IMG/VR virus record: IMGVR_UViG_3300027734_000034
Direction: 5' to 3' (one strand)
From: a virus
Taxonomy: Duplodnaviria > Heunggongvirae > Uroviricota > Caudoviricetes
Length of the DNA: 64,000 nucleotides
A program made the translations under genes and the position numbers. The notes under the pieces were generated by a model that had not been told where the DNA came from, made no database searches, and saw only the letters and a program-made list of their open reading frames with translations. Below are positions 53,543 to 64,000 of this stretch, piece after piece. Each line of letters begins with the position of its first letter. Positions within the stretch are counted from its first letter, which is position 1.

Positions 53543-54190
53543 TTAACCTTGCCAAGCACCGCCGGCAACTCTGTACCATATCTTGTAGTTCACAGTGTCT
53601 ACTGCCACATCAATGATTTGACCATTGGTTTCAAAAATCGCATTGCCAGAATATATTTCGGTGCTGTTGGTCCAGACACTACCATCATCGTATATGCCAA
53701 CGGCCTGGTTGGTACTTCCCAAATAGTCTCCATTGACAGTGCTAGTGCTGGCACTGCCCACACCAACTCCGTCATTGGACACAGAACCCGACCATGTGGT
53801 GTGAGTCACACTGAACATGCGTTTGGTACTGGGTGCAATGGCGATGTTGCCCCTGACAGCATTGTTGGCTGTAACCAGAGCCTGAGCAGTATCATCAGGA
53901 TTGGTTGTCTGATACACATTGACCTCATTTGGATCATAATCTGACCAGTACCAGTTGTTTAAAAAAGTAAATCCTGCAGGTGTACCATAGGTACTGGCTG
54001 TATTGACTATAAACTTGGCAAGAGTAGTGCCATCAAATACGTTGACCGCAGGGTAGAGATTTTGTGGCAACCCGGCAATCACTGACAGACTGAAACCGCC
54101 TGTGTTGGTGGCAGGATCAGGAGATCCGCCACCTGCACTTATACTAATTCCTCCGCCTACATCTATTCCTGGGCCTATTATTATTGCCAT
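53543..54190 (-). CDS. Protein with IGPGI..GGGI N-terminus and SPRY-like C-terminus
   Basis: G.IIDVAVD....KIW.R. Confidence 0.6.
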   Translation of the reverse strand: MAIIIGPGIDVGGGISISAGGGSPDPATNTGGFSLSVIAGLPQNLYPAVNVFDGTTLAKFIVNTASTYGTPAGFTFLNNWYWSDYDPNEVNVYQTTNPDDTAQALVTANNAVRGNIAIAPSTKRMFSVTHTTWSGSVSNDGVGVGSASTSTVNGDYLGSTNQAVGIYDDGSVWTNSTEIYSGNAIFETNGQIIDVAVDTVNYKIWYRVAGGAWQG

Positions 54191-54224
54191 ATTTGTGTTC
54201 CTTTTATATCTATGTATTTATCTT

Positions 54225-55064
54225 TTAAGGGTTGCTAATTGACTTTATAACCCAGAAATCACTGCTCATACTAGTGTTTTGTATCACTTGAAACGGCATA
54301 TAGAAGTAACCTCTATCTCCCCAACCTGTTCCCCAACTATTTCTAGCTATGAATGTATTGTTATTCTTATTATATCCAACTAACAATACAGCATGTCCAC
54401 CTAATAATTTCTCTTTTTTAGTGTCAGGATATGGCATAATACCTGTTCTTGCTACAATATTAGTGTCAAAACTTGAATACACGCTAAACCCAACAGTAAC
54501 TGGATATCCACTAGTAATAGCATCTATTACTTGATTAAAGTCTGCTGCTCTTTGATATGATGTAACTTTTCTTTTTGCTGCATCAATCAATGCTTCTTTT
54601 GATGGAACACTTCTAAACTTGCTAATATTGTATGGCCATAAATTTTCCGTTGGCGCACCATATGTATAACATGCTTTGATCCCATCTCTTATGTATGCAC
54701 CACTATCATAATTCACTGTGCCTATAAACAATCTCTCATAGTAATAGATAAACAAGCGGCTTATGTCAAGTGTCCTATTTTGTCTTTTGTGTAGTAATTC
54801 TATCGCACCTGCTATTGCGTTACCGGTGCAGCTACCTAAATTACCTTGGTTCTCAATTAATGAACAGTACTGTCTTAAATCAACAACATTAGATTGTGTT
54901 TTGTTTGTTAATTGATATGGGTGATCTCTTGTATCTACTTTATCACGCACCCAATGATATTTAGGAATAGTGAATAATGCTTTTGTTATTTTTTGAGTGA
55001 TAGGTCTACGATGTAATCCTGGGTCTTGCTCAATGTCTATTATTGTTTTTATATCTTGTTTCAT
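54225..55064 (-). CDS. Papain-family (C1) cysteine peptidase
   Basis: QG.LGSCTGNA; GGHAVLLVGY; RNSWG..WG..GYF. Confidence 0.93.
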   Translation of the reverse strand: MKQDIKTIIDIEQDPGLHRRPITQKITKALFTIPKYHWVRDKVDTRDHPYQLTNKTQSNVVDLRQYCSLIENQGNLGSCTGNAIAGAIELLHKRQNRTLDISRLFIYYYERLFIGTVNYDSGAYIRDGIKACYTYGAPTENLWPYNISKFRSVPSKEALIDAAKRKVTSYQRAADFNQVIDAITSGYPVTVGFSVYSSFDTNIVARTGIMPYPDTKKEKLLGGHAVLLVGYNKNNNTFIARNSWGTGWGDRGYFYMPFQVIQNTSMSSDFWVIKSISNP

Positions 55065-55068
55065 AATT

Positions 55069-55383
55069 TTAGAAAGTTATTGATCCTGAACTAGTCCAAG
55101 TATATATTCTATAACCATTTTCAATTGACACAGTTGGACTACCTGTAGTAGTAGATGCTGCTGCTTGTGAAGCTGGATAACGAATTATTACTACACCTTT
55201 ACCGCCTGAACCACCGTTAGCGCCAGTTGAACCACTTATTAATCCTGAACCGCCACCGCCTCCACCGCCACCAGCAACCCCGATGCCACCGCCACCGCCA
55301 CCAGCAACTACTAAGTAATCAATACTAGTAGGTGGTAGTACTTTAGACGGAAAAGTTAAGAAAAAGTTTTTAACTGTGAACAT
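55069..55383 (-). CDS. Short glycine-rich fibre-associated protein
   Basis: YLVVAGGGGGG...GGKGVVIIRYP...YTWTSSGSITF. Confidence 0.65.
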   Translation of the reverse strand: MFTVKNFFLTFPSKVLPPTSIDYLVVAGGGGGGIGVAGGGGGGGGSGLISGSTGANGGSGGKGVVIIRYPASQAAASTTTGSPTVSIENGYRIYTWTSSGSITF

Positions 55384-55386
55384 ATT

Positions 55387-57789
55387 TTATCTCGCTAAAG
55401 CATACTTGAATGGGTTCTCAGCAAATGCCATATAGATATACGTCCATCCACTAAAGTTTGCATACTCTGAATTGCGTTTAGGCTTGAACCCGTTGGACAG
55501 AATGTCAATACCATTTGAATCCACACCCTCTACTGCATTTAAATTCGGAAACAACTCATTCACCGATGCGTTATACGGGCTACGGCGGGTGTCCCAAATA
55601 GTCCACACCGTTGAACTGGTTGAGTTGCTTGAGGCTTTCACCATCACAAACCGTGAACGGAATCCCGTGTACACAAACGGCCCATCCGTAGAGCCATTGC
55701 CCTTGTAGCTGCCAAATGCGCTGTACCCTGCTACTGCGGCAAAGACGTAGGCAACGTAGGTTCCTGTGCTTTGGTTTGTATTAGTAATTGTTCCAACGCT
55801 AAAAACTGATGATGTAGGGGCGGTACTATTCCAAACTGTGGAGTTTAATGTTTGTGCGGCTGTATCATTAAGCAATAAATAATATGCGGCAGAAGTTAGC
55901 GAAGAATGATAAACAACCCATCCATCAATCGCATTTCTATGCTTAACAATCACCATACTTGGCGCAACACCAAGCCCGTGTCCTACTGTTGCCGCGCTAC
56001 CTGTACCCGTGTAGGTCGCAATGCTGAACCCAGCCGTAGTGTTTGCGCTCACCGTGCTGGTGATAGAGCCGCTGGTGTTAGATACGTTGGTTCCAGCGTT
56101 GGCTTTCCATTGCCATGCAACGTATGTTTCGCCGCTGTTATTGCCTTGGTCGGCGGTGTTGAGCGTAAACCCGTTGGAGTTTACCGAACTCAAAATAGAG
56201 CCAGAGTATTCCGCTTGGGTCAGGTCGCTGCACAAGACATTGTTGATGCCACGATTGGTATCCATCAGCCTGTGGTCACGCGCCGCAGAGCGTGATTTTT
56301 GCCACACCCAATCTGGCTGCATCGCTGTGCCGTTGACCGTGTTGGCAACCGTCAGAGTCGCGCCCGTACCTGTGTAGGTTGTAGCTGCCATGTACGCTGC
56401 ACCATTGGGTATCGTAGGCGTGGACAGGTTGTAGGTGTTCAGCGCGACAAAGCCAGTGGGCGGGGTGTAGCTAAATGGGCGCTGTCCGAAGTTGGCTGAG
56501 TAATTGAAATTTCCATTATTGTTTGACGAACCATTTTTAACACCAAAAGTCCAAAGTTGACCAGCCACATGGCTGTCATAACTTGTTATGTTGATTGTTG
56601 TATAAGAACCGCCATTTACCGCCCAGCCAACAGTTTGGTTGTCTAAATCTAGTTTTACTTGAACAACATCACCCGTTGTCCAAGTAGGCGCTCCAATGTT
56701 TGCCGAAGAACTGTAAAAAACAGAACTGCTAGTCCTAATAACAATCAATTGAGTGGCTTGGTAAAAACCACTTACATTAAAATCAAATGTACTCTGCAAA
56801 ATTCCAATGGCATCTTCTAACCCCGCAGAGTTACAAGTGAATTCTGCATACCACTTTCCAGAGGCAGAATACATTGTGGATGCAATTCCCTGATTTGAAG
56901 TTGAACTTACCGCTGTTAAGTTTCCGTTACTTGCTGTAACCCCAGAATATTTTGCCAACGGATTCAACGTAGCGTAGTTCGCCACTGTCGCGCTTGTCAG
57001 CGTTGGCACATCCGTCATGGAATCGTAGGTGGCTCCAGCGGTCACGCTGATGTTGTTTACCGTCCAAGTGTTGCCATTACCGCTAGAGTCAGTGCCTAAC
57101 GCTGCGGCAGTAGCATAGCTATTGAATTTTAAATAGAATCCGTTTGTACCGTATGTACCTGTGTATTTCTTTGGTTGCCATACCCCATACTGATTGTATG
57201 CCCCAAATGAAGATGGAGTTAATTGTTGCCCGTCAATGTTATACATCTCTGTAAAATATTGATCTCCGTATGTTGCTTGATTATAAGACCATCTATTAAT
57301 CTCGTGAAACGTTGTATTGTTCCAATTAAAATCAAAATTTTGTCCTGGGTAGTTAGCAGTTGCAAATGATGTGATTTGCGAACCGTTGACATACATTTTA
57401 ATTCTGTCGCTAGCAGTAGCTTGAGTTGTATCTACTGCTACAACAAAATGATACCAAGCTGAGGGATCACGAAAAACTGCTGTTGTTAGCACAGTCATAG
57501 CATCACCGTAAAAACGTAATTGACCAGTGGGTGACCAATTTAACCAAAACATATTCTGAAAACTAGGATCACGGTTGCCAGCACTAACAATCGTAAATTC
57601 ACTTGAATCAAGTAATCCCCTTTTTATCCACATGCTGATCGTAAAGGTTCTTCTATTCCCCGCTACAGTAGGTGTACGATTTAGATATGCACTTGCGCTA
57701 CTGCGAAATCTCAATGAATTGGAAATAGTATACACCCCTAATGGATTATTAGAGGGTGCAGTTAAGCTGAAATTCTTACTTGCAAACAT
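55387..57789 (-). CDS. Concanavalin/LamG plus SPRY-like domain fibre or receptor-binding protein
   Basis: NSLRF...T.S.W.KR; RDPSAWYH.VVAVDTTQ; GKWYAEF; PD.VW.K.R; YMAFAE.PF. Confidence 0.8.
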   Translation of the reverse strand: MFASKNFSLTAPSNNPLGVYTISNSLRFRSSASAYLNRTPTVAGNRRTFTISMWIKRGLLDSSEFTIVSAGNRDPSFQNMFWLNWSPTGQLRFYGDAMTVLTTAVFRDPSAWYHFVVAVDTTQATASDRIKMYVNGSQITSFATANYPGQNFDFNWNNTTFHEINRWSYNQATYGDQYFTEMYNIDGQQLTPSSFGAYNQYGVWQPKKYTGTYGTNGFYLKFNSYATAAALGTDSSGNGNTWTVNNISVTAGATYDSMTDVPTLTSATVANYATLNPLAKYSGVTASNGNLTAVSSTSNQGIASTMYSASGKWYAEFTCNSAGLEDAIGILQSTFDFNVSGFYQATQLIVIRTSSSVFYSSSANIGAPTWTTGDVVQVKLDLDNQTVGWAVNGGSYTTINITSYDSHVAGQLWTFGVKNGSSNNNGNFNYSANFGQRPFSYTPPTGFVALNTYNLSTPTIPNGAAYMAATTYTGTGATLTVANTVNGTAMQPDWVWQKSRSAARDHRLMDTNRGINNVLCSDLTQAEYSGSILSSVNSNGFTLNTADQGNNSGETYVAWQWKANAGTNVSNTSGSITSTVSANTTAGFSIATYTGTGSAATVGHGLGVAPSMVIVKHRNAIDGWVVYHSSLTSAAYYLLLNDTAAQTLNSTVWNSTAPTSSVFSVGTITNTNQSTGTYVAYVFAAVAGYSAFGSYKGNGSTDGPFVYTGFRSRFVMVKASSNSTSSTVWTIWDTRRSPYNASVNELFPNLNAVEGVDSNGIDILSNGFKPKRNSEYANFSGWTYIYMAFAENPFKYALAR

Positions 57790-59972
57790 TATGCATAAGC
57801 CTGAGCATAAGAACCATACCAGTTACTACCATCAGCTACGAAAGTTAATATGTCAACTGCTGATGCTGTTGAAGTTATAGTAGGTGCAAGACCATTTGGC
57901 CATTTAACACTAGTGAACGTAGCTGTAGTCATACCTGTTGCTGCTTGTGTCAACTTAAGTATAAATGATTTTCCTGCTGTAGCAGTTGGCATAGTAAATG
58001 TACATGGAGTACTTGCAGTTAATGTAGCTGTAAGAACAGTACCGGCTGTTAATGATAATGTTGATGTAGCACCAACAGTACCTACTGCTTGTAATGTTTC
58101 TGTATAGTTAGTAACTGTTGGGTTGTTAGCTATACCAGTGATACTTAAGTTACCAACACTTAAATTACCAGTAACACTTAAACTAGTTAATGTTCCTGTG
58201 CTAGTGATATTTGGTTGTGCTGCTGTTGTTACAGTACCTGCAGTAGTTGCTGCACCGGATAATGCACCGGTAAATGTTGTTGCACTTACATTACCAGCAC
58301 TGATATTGCCACTAACATATGCTGTACCTGTAACACTTAGTGTATTGGTTGGGGCTGTATTAGCAATACCTACATTACCATCTGATTGAATACGCATTTT
58401 TTCTGAACTATTGGTAGAAAACACCATTGGGTATGCGCCGTCAGAATATAATACTCTTCCATTTGCGCCTGCTGCAAATGCGCCACCTGTTGAAGTATCT
58501 ATACCTATAAAAAAGTTACCACCACCAGTACTGACTTGCAATGCGGATTGTGCTGTTGTTGCTGAGTTAATTCTTGCATAGGTTGCGCTTGCTGAATATA
58601 CTTCAAGTAGTCTACTTGGCGTACTAGTACCAATACCCACATTGCCATCACCTTGTATACGCATACGCTCTGATACGGTTGAAGGATAAGCCCCGCTTCC
58701 ACTATAAAATCCTAAATTAACACTACCTTCTTGATTGGTGCCGTCATTAAATCCAACGATAGAACCAACTGCTCCTCTACCTGAAATTGGTCTAAATGTC
58801 AATGCAACACCATAATTACTACCCGTTGTTCCTGGTTGTTCTGCTGTTAATGTTAATGCTGATATAGTTTTTATATTTGCAGTGTTTATGGTAGTTAACG
58901 TTCCATAACTAATAGTTGCTTTACTTTCAACACTAGATGTTCCAATACTCACGTTACCACTAGTGGTACTAAATAACGAATTACCAGTAACCGTTACACT
59001 TGATAATGAACCTGTGCTAGTAATATTTGGTTGTGCTGCTGTTGTTACAGTTCCGGCTGTACCTGATGTTGCTACATTCAAGTTAGCTACTTGTGTAGTA
59101 CTTGTTACTACGAAAGGAGCAGTACCTGTAGCCAATGTTGTAATATATTGACCAGTAATGTTACTAGTAGTACCTGTGTAATTTGTTGCGCTTACGTTGC
59201 CAGCACTTATATTACCGGTAACAGTCAATACACTAGTTGTTTTATTAAATGTTAGATTAGCATTGCCATTTGCAGCACTTGCATCATTAAATATGATTTG
59301 TGTATTACTACCAGCTACTGGACCAGTAGCACCCGTTGCGCCTGTCGATCCGATTGTACCTGTTGCCCCAGTTGCGCCTGTACTACCTATTGTGCCTGTA
59401 GCACCAGTTGCTCCAGTTGCACCTGTACTACCTATTGTGCCTGTAGCGCCAGTTGCGCCAGTACTACCTATTGTACCTGTAGCTCCAGTAGCACCAGTAG
59501 ATCCAATCGTACCTGTTGCTCCAGTTGCACCCGTTGCGCCTGTACTACCTATTGTGCCTGTAGCACCAGTAGCACCTGTAGTGCCTACTACGCCAGTCGC
59601 GCCAGTTGCACCTGTACTTCCAATATATCCTGTGGCACCAGTTGCACCTGTAGTGCCTACTACGCCAGTCGCGCCAGTTGCACCTGTACTACCTATTGTA
59701 CCAGTAGCGCCCGTCGCTCCAGTTGCACCTGTACTACCAATCGTACCTGTAGCACCTGTTGCCCCTGTACTACCATTTGTACCTGCCGTACCAGTAGCAC
59801 CTGTTGCGCCAGTACTACCATTTGTTCCGTTATTGCCAGTAGCGCCCGTAGCACCTAAACCAGTAGCACCTGTACTTCCTTGATAGCCAGTAGCGCCCGT
59901 AGCACCTTGATCACCAAGTGCTGCTGGTTCCCATTGACTAGTGGTAGTGTTATAATATTTTAGTACTGACAT
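57789..59972 (-). CDS. Collagen-like (Gly-X-Thr) tail fibre protein
   Basis: Long [12 protein letters not shown] repeat; ERMRI..GNVGIGT repeats. Confidence 0.85.
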   Translation of the reverse strand: MSVLKYYNTTTSQWEPAALGDQGATGATGYQGSTGATGLGATGATGNNGTNGSTGATGATGTAGTNGSTGATGATGTIGSTGATGATGATGTIGSTGATGATGVVGTTGATGATGYIGSTGATGATGVVGTTGATGATGTIGSTGATGATGATGTIGSTGATGATGTIGSTGATGATGTIGSTGATGATGATGTIGSTGATGATGTIGSTGATGATGPVAGSNTQIIFNDASAANGNANLTFNKTTSVLTVTGNISAGNVSATNYTGTTSNITGQYITTLATGTAPFVVTSTTQVANLNVATSGTAGTVTTAAQPNITSTGSLSSVTVTGNSLFSTTSGNVSIGTSSVESKATISYGTLTTINTANIKTISALTLTAEQPGTTGSNYGVALTFRPISGRGAVGSIVGFNDGTNQEGSVNLGFYSGSGAYPSTVSERMRIQGDGNVGIGTSTPSRLLEVYSASATYARINSATTAQSALQVSTGGGNFFIGIDTSTGGAFAAGANGRVLYSDGAYPMVFSTNSSEKMRIQSDGNVGIANTAPTNTLSVTGTAYVSGNISAGNVSATTFTGALSGAATTAGTVTTAAQPNITSTGTLTSLSVTGNLSVGNLSITGIANNPTVTNYTETLQAVGTVGATSTLSLTAGTVLTATLTASTPCTFTMPTATAGKSFILKLTQAATGMTTATFTSVKWPNGLAPTITSTASAVDILTFVADGSNWYGSYAQAYA

Positions 59973-60003
59973 TTAATTATTTCTTTGTTTTATATATTTA
60001 TTG

Positions 60004-60276
60004 TTATTCATTTACAAAAATGTTAACAAAAACTGTATTATCTTCTAATGCTTCAATCTCATGCCATTCATTTGCTGCAAGGTCAATTGGTTGTGTATGT
60101 TTATCTATAACTTTTTCACGACCTTCTTTACGCAAAATACAACTTCCTGCGTTGCATACAGTAGCATGAGAAAATGTATGCTCATGTCTTGGTAATCCTT
60201 CTCCTTTGTTGGCATGGTAAACATTGAATGATGTTCCATTGTAATTAAACAGATGTGTTGGGCCAATGTTGATCAT
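60004..60276 (-). CDS. Cupin-domain protein
   Basis: LPRHEH.FSH......WHEIEALED.TVF.N.F. Confidence 0.8.
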   Translation of the reverse strand: MINIGPTHLFNYNGTSFNVYHANKGEGLPRHEHTFSHATVCNAGSCILRKEGREKVIDKHTQPIDLAANEWHEIEALEDNTVFVNIFVNE

Positions 60277-60494
60277 TAGAAACTCTGTAAGCCGTTATTT
60301 GGTAATATTATTTGTGTAATGTCAGTACGTTTTTTTATTGTACCATCTTTAAAATACCAATAGTCTGCGATTACATCATCTGTACATTCTGTCCAGTAGG
60401 TAGGATCACCTACCGGAAATACAACTTCTTCAACTTGTGCAACACGATAACCATCTAATATAGGTTCATTGGGGCAAATCAATGCATATTTCAT
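60276..60494 (-). CDS. Small fibre-associated protein
   Basis: ALI.PNE...RVAQV....F.V..P.YW.EC.DD. Confidence 0.65.
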   Translation of the reverse strand: MKYALICPNEPILDGYRVAQVEEVVFPVGDPTYWTECTDDVIADYWYFKDGTIKKRTDITQIILPNNGLQSF

Positions 60495-60506
60495 TATTCT
60501 ATTCCT

Positions 60507-61862
60507 TTAATATTCAAATAATACAACACCAGATGCGCCGGCACCACCGCCTTGAGCGCCAGAACCGCCGCAAGCAGTATCAAAAGGTCCGCCGCTTCCG
60601 CCGCCGCCATAAGCGCCGCCGGCGATTGATCTAGCATTGTCTCCACTACCAGCAGTACTAGCACCTCCACCAAAAATTGAACTGCCACCTGCTCCACCTC
60701 TAATATTACCGGTACCACCTTGGTTAATACTTCCAAGAGTGCCACCTTGCCCTTTTATATTCATATCACCATTGGAACCAATACCGCCACTGCCGGTGGC
60801 ACTGACAGTTGTAATAGACTGAGTACCTGAAGCAACGCTAGATGTGCCACCGGCACCTCCAACTGTTACCGCTAATGTATTGCCGGGCGTTAATCCACTA
60901 AGCCATTTAATAGCTGCACCACCCCCTCCCCCACCATTGCCGCCGCCAGTAGTACCATTACAAGCACTACCATTGCCGCCACCGCCCACAATGGTCATTT
61001 TGACTTTAGTGACACCTGCAGGTATAGTGAATGTGCCGTTAGAAGTAAAAACAGTTGAAGATAAGCCACCAGTAGTTCCACCTGATCCAGTAGCACCTGC
61101 TGCTCCGGTTGCACCAGAAAATCCAGTTGCACCTGTTGCACCGGGACCAGTAGCACCTGTTGTACCTGTTAAACCTGTAGCACCCGTTGCCCCGGTACTA
61201 CCTATTGTACCAGTAGCACCCGTTGCCCCAGTTGCACCTGTACTACCAATCGTACCTGTAGCACCCGTTGCTCCAGTAGCGCCTGTAGATCCAATCGTAC
61301 CTGTTGCTCCGGTAGCACCTGTTGCTCCCGTACTACCAATTGTTCCAGTTGCACCAGTAGCACCTGTACTGCCTATAGTACCCGTAGCGCCTGTTGTACC
61401 CTGCGCTCCCGCATCAACTATTGTCCACGCAGTAAATGTACCAGAACCACCACTATTAGATATAGTAACAGTCATTATTACGCCACCAAATGTAGCAATA
61501 GTACCTTCGATAAAATTAGCAGGAGTTGCAGTATTAAATACTCTTACACGTTGTCCAACAGTAAATGCACTAGCAGATGCTAATAAGTTAGTAGTTAATG
61601 TAAATGTTCCACTTGATGCAATAGTTTGACTACTTGTAGATGTTAATCCAAAATACCCTAACCCTGTTGCTCCAGTAGCGCCTGTAGTACCTAAGTAGCC
61701 AGTTGCACCTGTAGCACCCGTTGCACCAGTTGTTCCAATATAGCCAGTTGCACCTGTAGCACCTAAACCGGTAGCACCAGTTGCGCCGGTAGTACCTTGA
61801 CTACCAAGGGCTACAGGTTCCCATTGGCTAGTGCCGGTGTTATAAGTCTTTAATATTGTCAT
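60507..61862 (-). CDS. Collagen-like fibre protein with C-terminal glycine-rich domain
   Basis: Gly-X-Thr repeats; [16 protein letters not shown]....GGGG...GVVLFEY. Confidence 0.85.
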   Translation of the reverse strand: MTILKTYNTGTSQWEPVALGSQGTTGATGATGLGATGATGYIGTTGATGATGATGYLGTTGATGATGLGYFGLTSTSSQTIASSGTFTLTTNLLASASAFTVGQRVRVFNTATPANFIEGTIATFGGVIMTVTISNSGGSGTFTAWTIVDAGAQGTTGATGTIGSTGATGATGTIGSTGATGATGATGTIGSTGATGATGATGTIGSTGATGATGATGTIGSTGATGATGLTGTTGATGPGATGATGFSGATGAAGATGSGGTTGGLSSTVFTSNGTFTIPAGVTKVKMTIVGGGGNGSACNGTTGGGNGGGGGGAAIKWLSGLTPGNTLAVTVGGAGGTSSVASGTQSITTVSATGSGGIGSNGDMNIKGQGGTLGSINQGGTGNIRGGAGGSSIFGGGASTAGSGDNARSIAGGAYGGGGSGGPFDTACGGSGAQGGGAGASGVVLFEY

Positions 61863-61874
61863 TTAGTTATGTAT

Positions 61875-62126
61875 TTATTGAGAATTATTTATGTTCAATG
61901 TAGCCTGATATGCTGTAATAACTTCAGGTGTCCATGTTACATTGCAAATAGCTGCAACTTTAGCAGGTTGATTAGTAAGGACTTGGCCCGGTGTTAAACT
62001 TGTGCGGTGATAAGTTTGTGCTAATGTATTACCATCTTCTATGATGCGAGTTGCCTCACGATAAAGTATAGTGCCGTTCTCAGTAACAGTTATTTGATCT
62101 ACTACAGTTTCTTTTGTTATTGCCAT
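61875..62126 (-). CDS. Small fibre-associated (chaperone-like) protein
   Basis: D.I.V..NG....REAT.I.EDG......YHR...V.AIC...WTPEVI.AY. Confidence 0.7.
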   Translation of the reverse strand: MAITKETVVDQITVTENGTILYREATRIIEDGNTLAQTYHRTSLTPGQVLTNQPAKVAAICNVTWTPEVITAYQATLNINNSQ

Positions 62127-62149
62127 TGCATTTTCCTTATTAGTTAATT

Positions 62150-64000
62150 TTAATCTACCCAGTACGTAGCAGATCCTGAAGCGTATGTTATGGTGGTTGT
62201 TTCTTGAGAACCACCAATATAGACATACAACACGGAACGATTTCCAGTAAGTGTCATTAAACTTTGAATTCTTGTTGCGGGTCCATTTGTTCCCATATTA
62301 CCGACAATTGATACTTCACTGTAAGTACCTACGTTAAATGGCAAACCAGAAACATACTGCGTTGTACCGGCAGCAAGAGAACTTCCACCATCACACTTAA
62401 ACCAAATAGTTACTTGTTTTCCAATTTTTACATAAGTGCCACTTTTAACGGTAAATGTTCCTGCGCCATTATTACTATCCACATTCGGTGTCCAAGTACC
62501 TTCTTCATAATCATCTAGCGTGTTAACATCAGTTGATGCAGATTGAGTAGCAGGGAATTTAATACCCATGCCAGATGTTGGCACAGCACCACCAAGACCT
62601 ATGCCAAATGTATTAATCCTTACACGTTCAGAAGTGGTGCTAGCTGCGGTTGTATTGAATGTAATTGGTCCATTATTTTGTAAAGCTAATACGTTTACGC
62701 TATTGGCACCTCCCCACGCACTGTATGTTGAACCACCTGCAGCAATTTCTGCTTGCGGTGATGTTGAGTTATATAGTCTTAGTGACGATGCGCTTGCAGA
62801 CGCGCCAGTTGATATAGCAACTTGAGTATCACCTGTTGCACGATAAACAGCAAATCCTTGCCCTGATAAGTATGAAGATGGTGAACTTGTTCCAATTCCT
62901 ACATTGCCACCGGCATCGATAAAAACTTTAGGACTATTTGAAGCAGCAGAAGGAACAGCCATATTCAATATTGGTGTAAACGGACCACCTGCTACTCCAC
63001 CTGTACTTCCGTTGATTATCTGTCCAATTGAAAATGTACCAGCAGCACCTAACCCAGAGTCATATATCCATTGCTGCCAAGTTTGATTAGTATTATTTAA
63101 ATTGTTTAATGCCAATAATGCACCACCGGTTCCTGCAACTCCAACCCCGTTAATTGGTTGACCACTAAAAGTGCTTGATGTAGTACCTACCAAAAGGCTG
63201 CCAGTGGAGTCGATACGCACACGTTCAGTATTACTAATAAACCAAGCGTGATATAAACTTCCGATGCTCTGTTGATAAAACAACCCAGCCAAAGCAGATA
63301 ACAAAATATCATTATTTCCAGAACGATATTTAAGATACCTATCAGCGTTTGCGCCTAAGAAATAACTAGAGTTAGATGGTACGTTTACGTCCCCGTTTAC
63401 ATCTAGCTTGTATGCCGGTGAAGTAGTCCCAATCCCTACGTTACCGCCAACCAATACCATTTGAGCAGTAGTTGGCACTGCGCCAGTGTATGCTGAGAAA
63501 TTCAATCGTGCATTAGAAGAAGTTGCAGCAGTTGTCCATATTCTTGCAGCATCTGTTGAGTTAAAACCGCCAGTGTCATTGACACCAAATTGCAATAATG
63601 GAGCAGCAGCACCAACTGATATATCTTGTATAGATATTTTTGCAGCGCCGGCTGTAGCTGATACTACAGATAACTTTCCATATGTGCTTGGAGAACTTGT
63701 GCCAATTCCTACATTGCTACCATCCCATACTAGATTAGCACTAGCACCAGCTGATCCGCTATTATTAAATATAATTTGTGTATTACTACCAGCTACTGGA
63801 CCAGTTGCCCCTATTGCCCCAGTTGCTCCAGTACTACCAATCGTACCTGTTGCACCTGTTGCTCCAGTAGATCCAATCGTACCAGTTGCACCTGTTGCTC
63901 CGGTAGCACCTGTACTTCCTATTGTACCAGTTGCACCTGTTGCCCCAGTTGCTCCAGTACTACCAATCGTACCTGTTGCACCTGTTGCTCCAGTAGATCC
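62150..64000 (-). CDS. Collagen-like tail fibre protein; 5' end lies outside the window
   Basis: Gly-X-Thr repeats to the window edge; GNVGIGT repeats; [13 protein letters not shown]. Confidence 0.85.
   Translation of the reverse strand, partial: GSTGATGATGTIGSTGATGATGATGTIGSTGATGATGATGTIGSTGATGATGTIGSTGATGAIGATGPVAGSNTQIIFNNSGSAGASANLVWDGSNVGIGTSSPSTYGKLSVVSATAGAAKISIQDISVGAAAPLLQFGVNDTGGFNSTDAARIWTTAATSSNARLNFSAYTGAVPTTAQMVLVGGNVGIGTTSPAYKLDVNGDVNVPSNSSYFLGANADRYLKYRSGNNDILLSALAGLFYQQSIGSLYHAWFISNTERVRIDSTGSLLVGTTSSTFSGQPINGVGVAGTGGALLALNNLNNTNQTWQQWIYDSGLGAAGTFSIGQIINGSTGGVAGGPFTPILNMAVPSAASNSPKVFIDAGGNVGIGTSSPSSYLSGQGFAVYRATGDTQVAISTGASASASSLRLYNSTSPQAEIAAGGSTYSAWGGANSVNVLALQNNGPITFNTTAASTTSERVRINTFGIGLGGAVPTSGMGIKFPATQSASTDVNTLDDYEEGTWTPNVDSNNGAGTFTVKSGTYVKIGKQVTIWFKCDGGSSLAAGTTQYVSGLPFNVGTYSEVSIVGNMGTNGPATRIQSLMTLTGNRSVLYVYIGGSQETTTITYASGSATYWVD

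Noticed and set aside
59197-61629. Plus-strand ORFs with PVAPVAPV or CTCC repeats (59197-59883, 59298-59858, 60844-61629)
   Set aside because: Antisense shadows of the Gly-X-Thr collagen repeats on the minus strand.
1-64000. Alternative genetic code (stop codon reassignment)
   Set aside because: Known protein families are full-length under the standard code, all three stop codons end genes, and no CTA or TTA anticodon tRNA was found.
55069-64000. Diversity-generating retroelement acting on the fibre tips
   Set aside because: No reverse transcriptase and no template/variable repeat pair with adenine-specific differences was seen in the window.

Overview
AT-rich fragment of a large (jumbo-type) tailed phage genome using the standard genetic code. 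The IscU and RpoZ homologues look proteobacterial, which hints at the host. Layout: (1) 1-4.9 kb: end of a probable virion protein, SleB-type cell-wall hydrolase, IscU, rubrerythrin, rubredoxin. (2) 4.8-28.1 kb: a modification-enzyme island with 10 radical-SAM genes, 2 QueC-like PP-loop proteins, 2OG-Fe(II) oxygenases, a desaturase, SDRs, a kinase, a PLP enzyme, a methyltransferase and a tandem glycosyltransferase. (3) 28.1-39.1 kb: an RNA island with 41 tRNA genes covering all 20 amino acids, many unexplained structured RNAs and three free-standing endonucleases. (4) A DUF2828/VWA (Ro60/TROVE-like architecture) gene, then small early genes behind sigma70-type promoters. (5) 49.7-64 kb: glycosyltransferases, a C1 peptidase and collagen-like fibre genes. 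Two candidate new systems stand out. First, a 44-codon leader ORF containing all 20 amino acids (35 different codons) is coupled to a terminator/antiterminator pair in front of the tRNA array, possibly a pan-tRNA-sensing attenuator. Second, six copies of a covarying stem RNA (one holding a circularly permuted tRNA-Tyr mimic, one a Lys-UUU anticodon loop) are linked to the Ro60-like gene. All calls were made by eye, with no database searches or folding programs, so coordinates may be off by a few bases.
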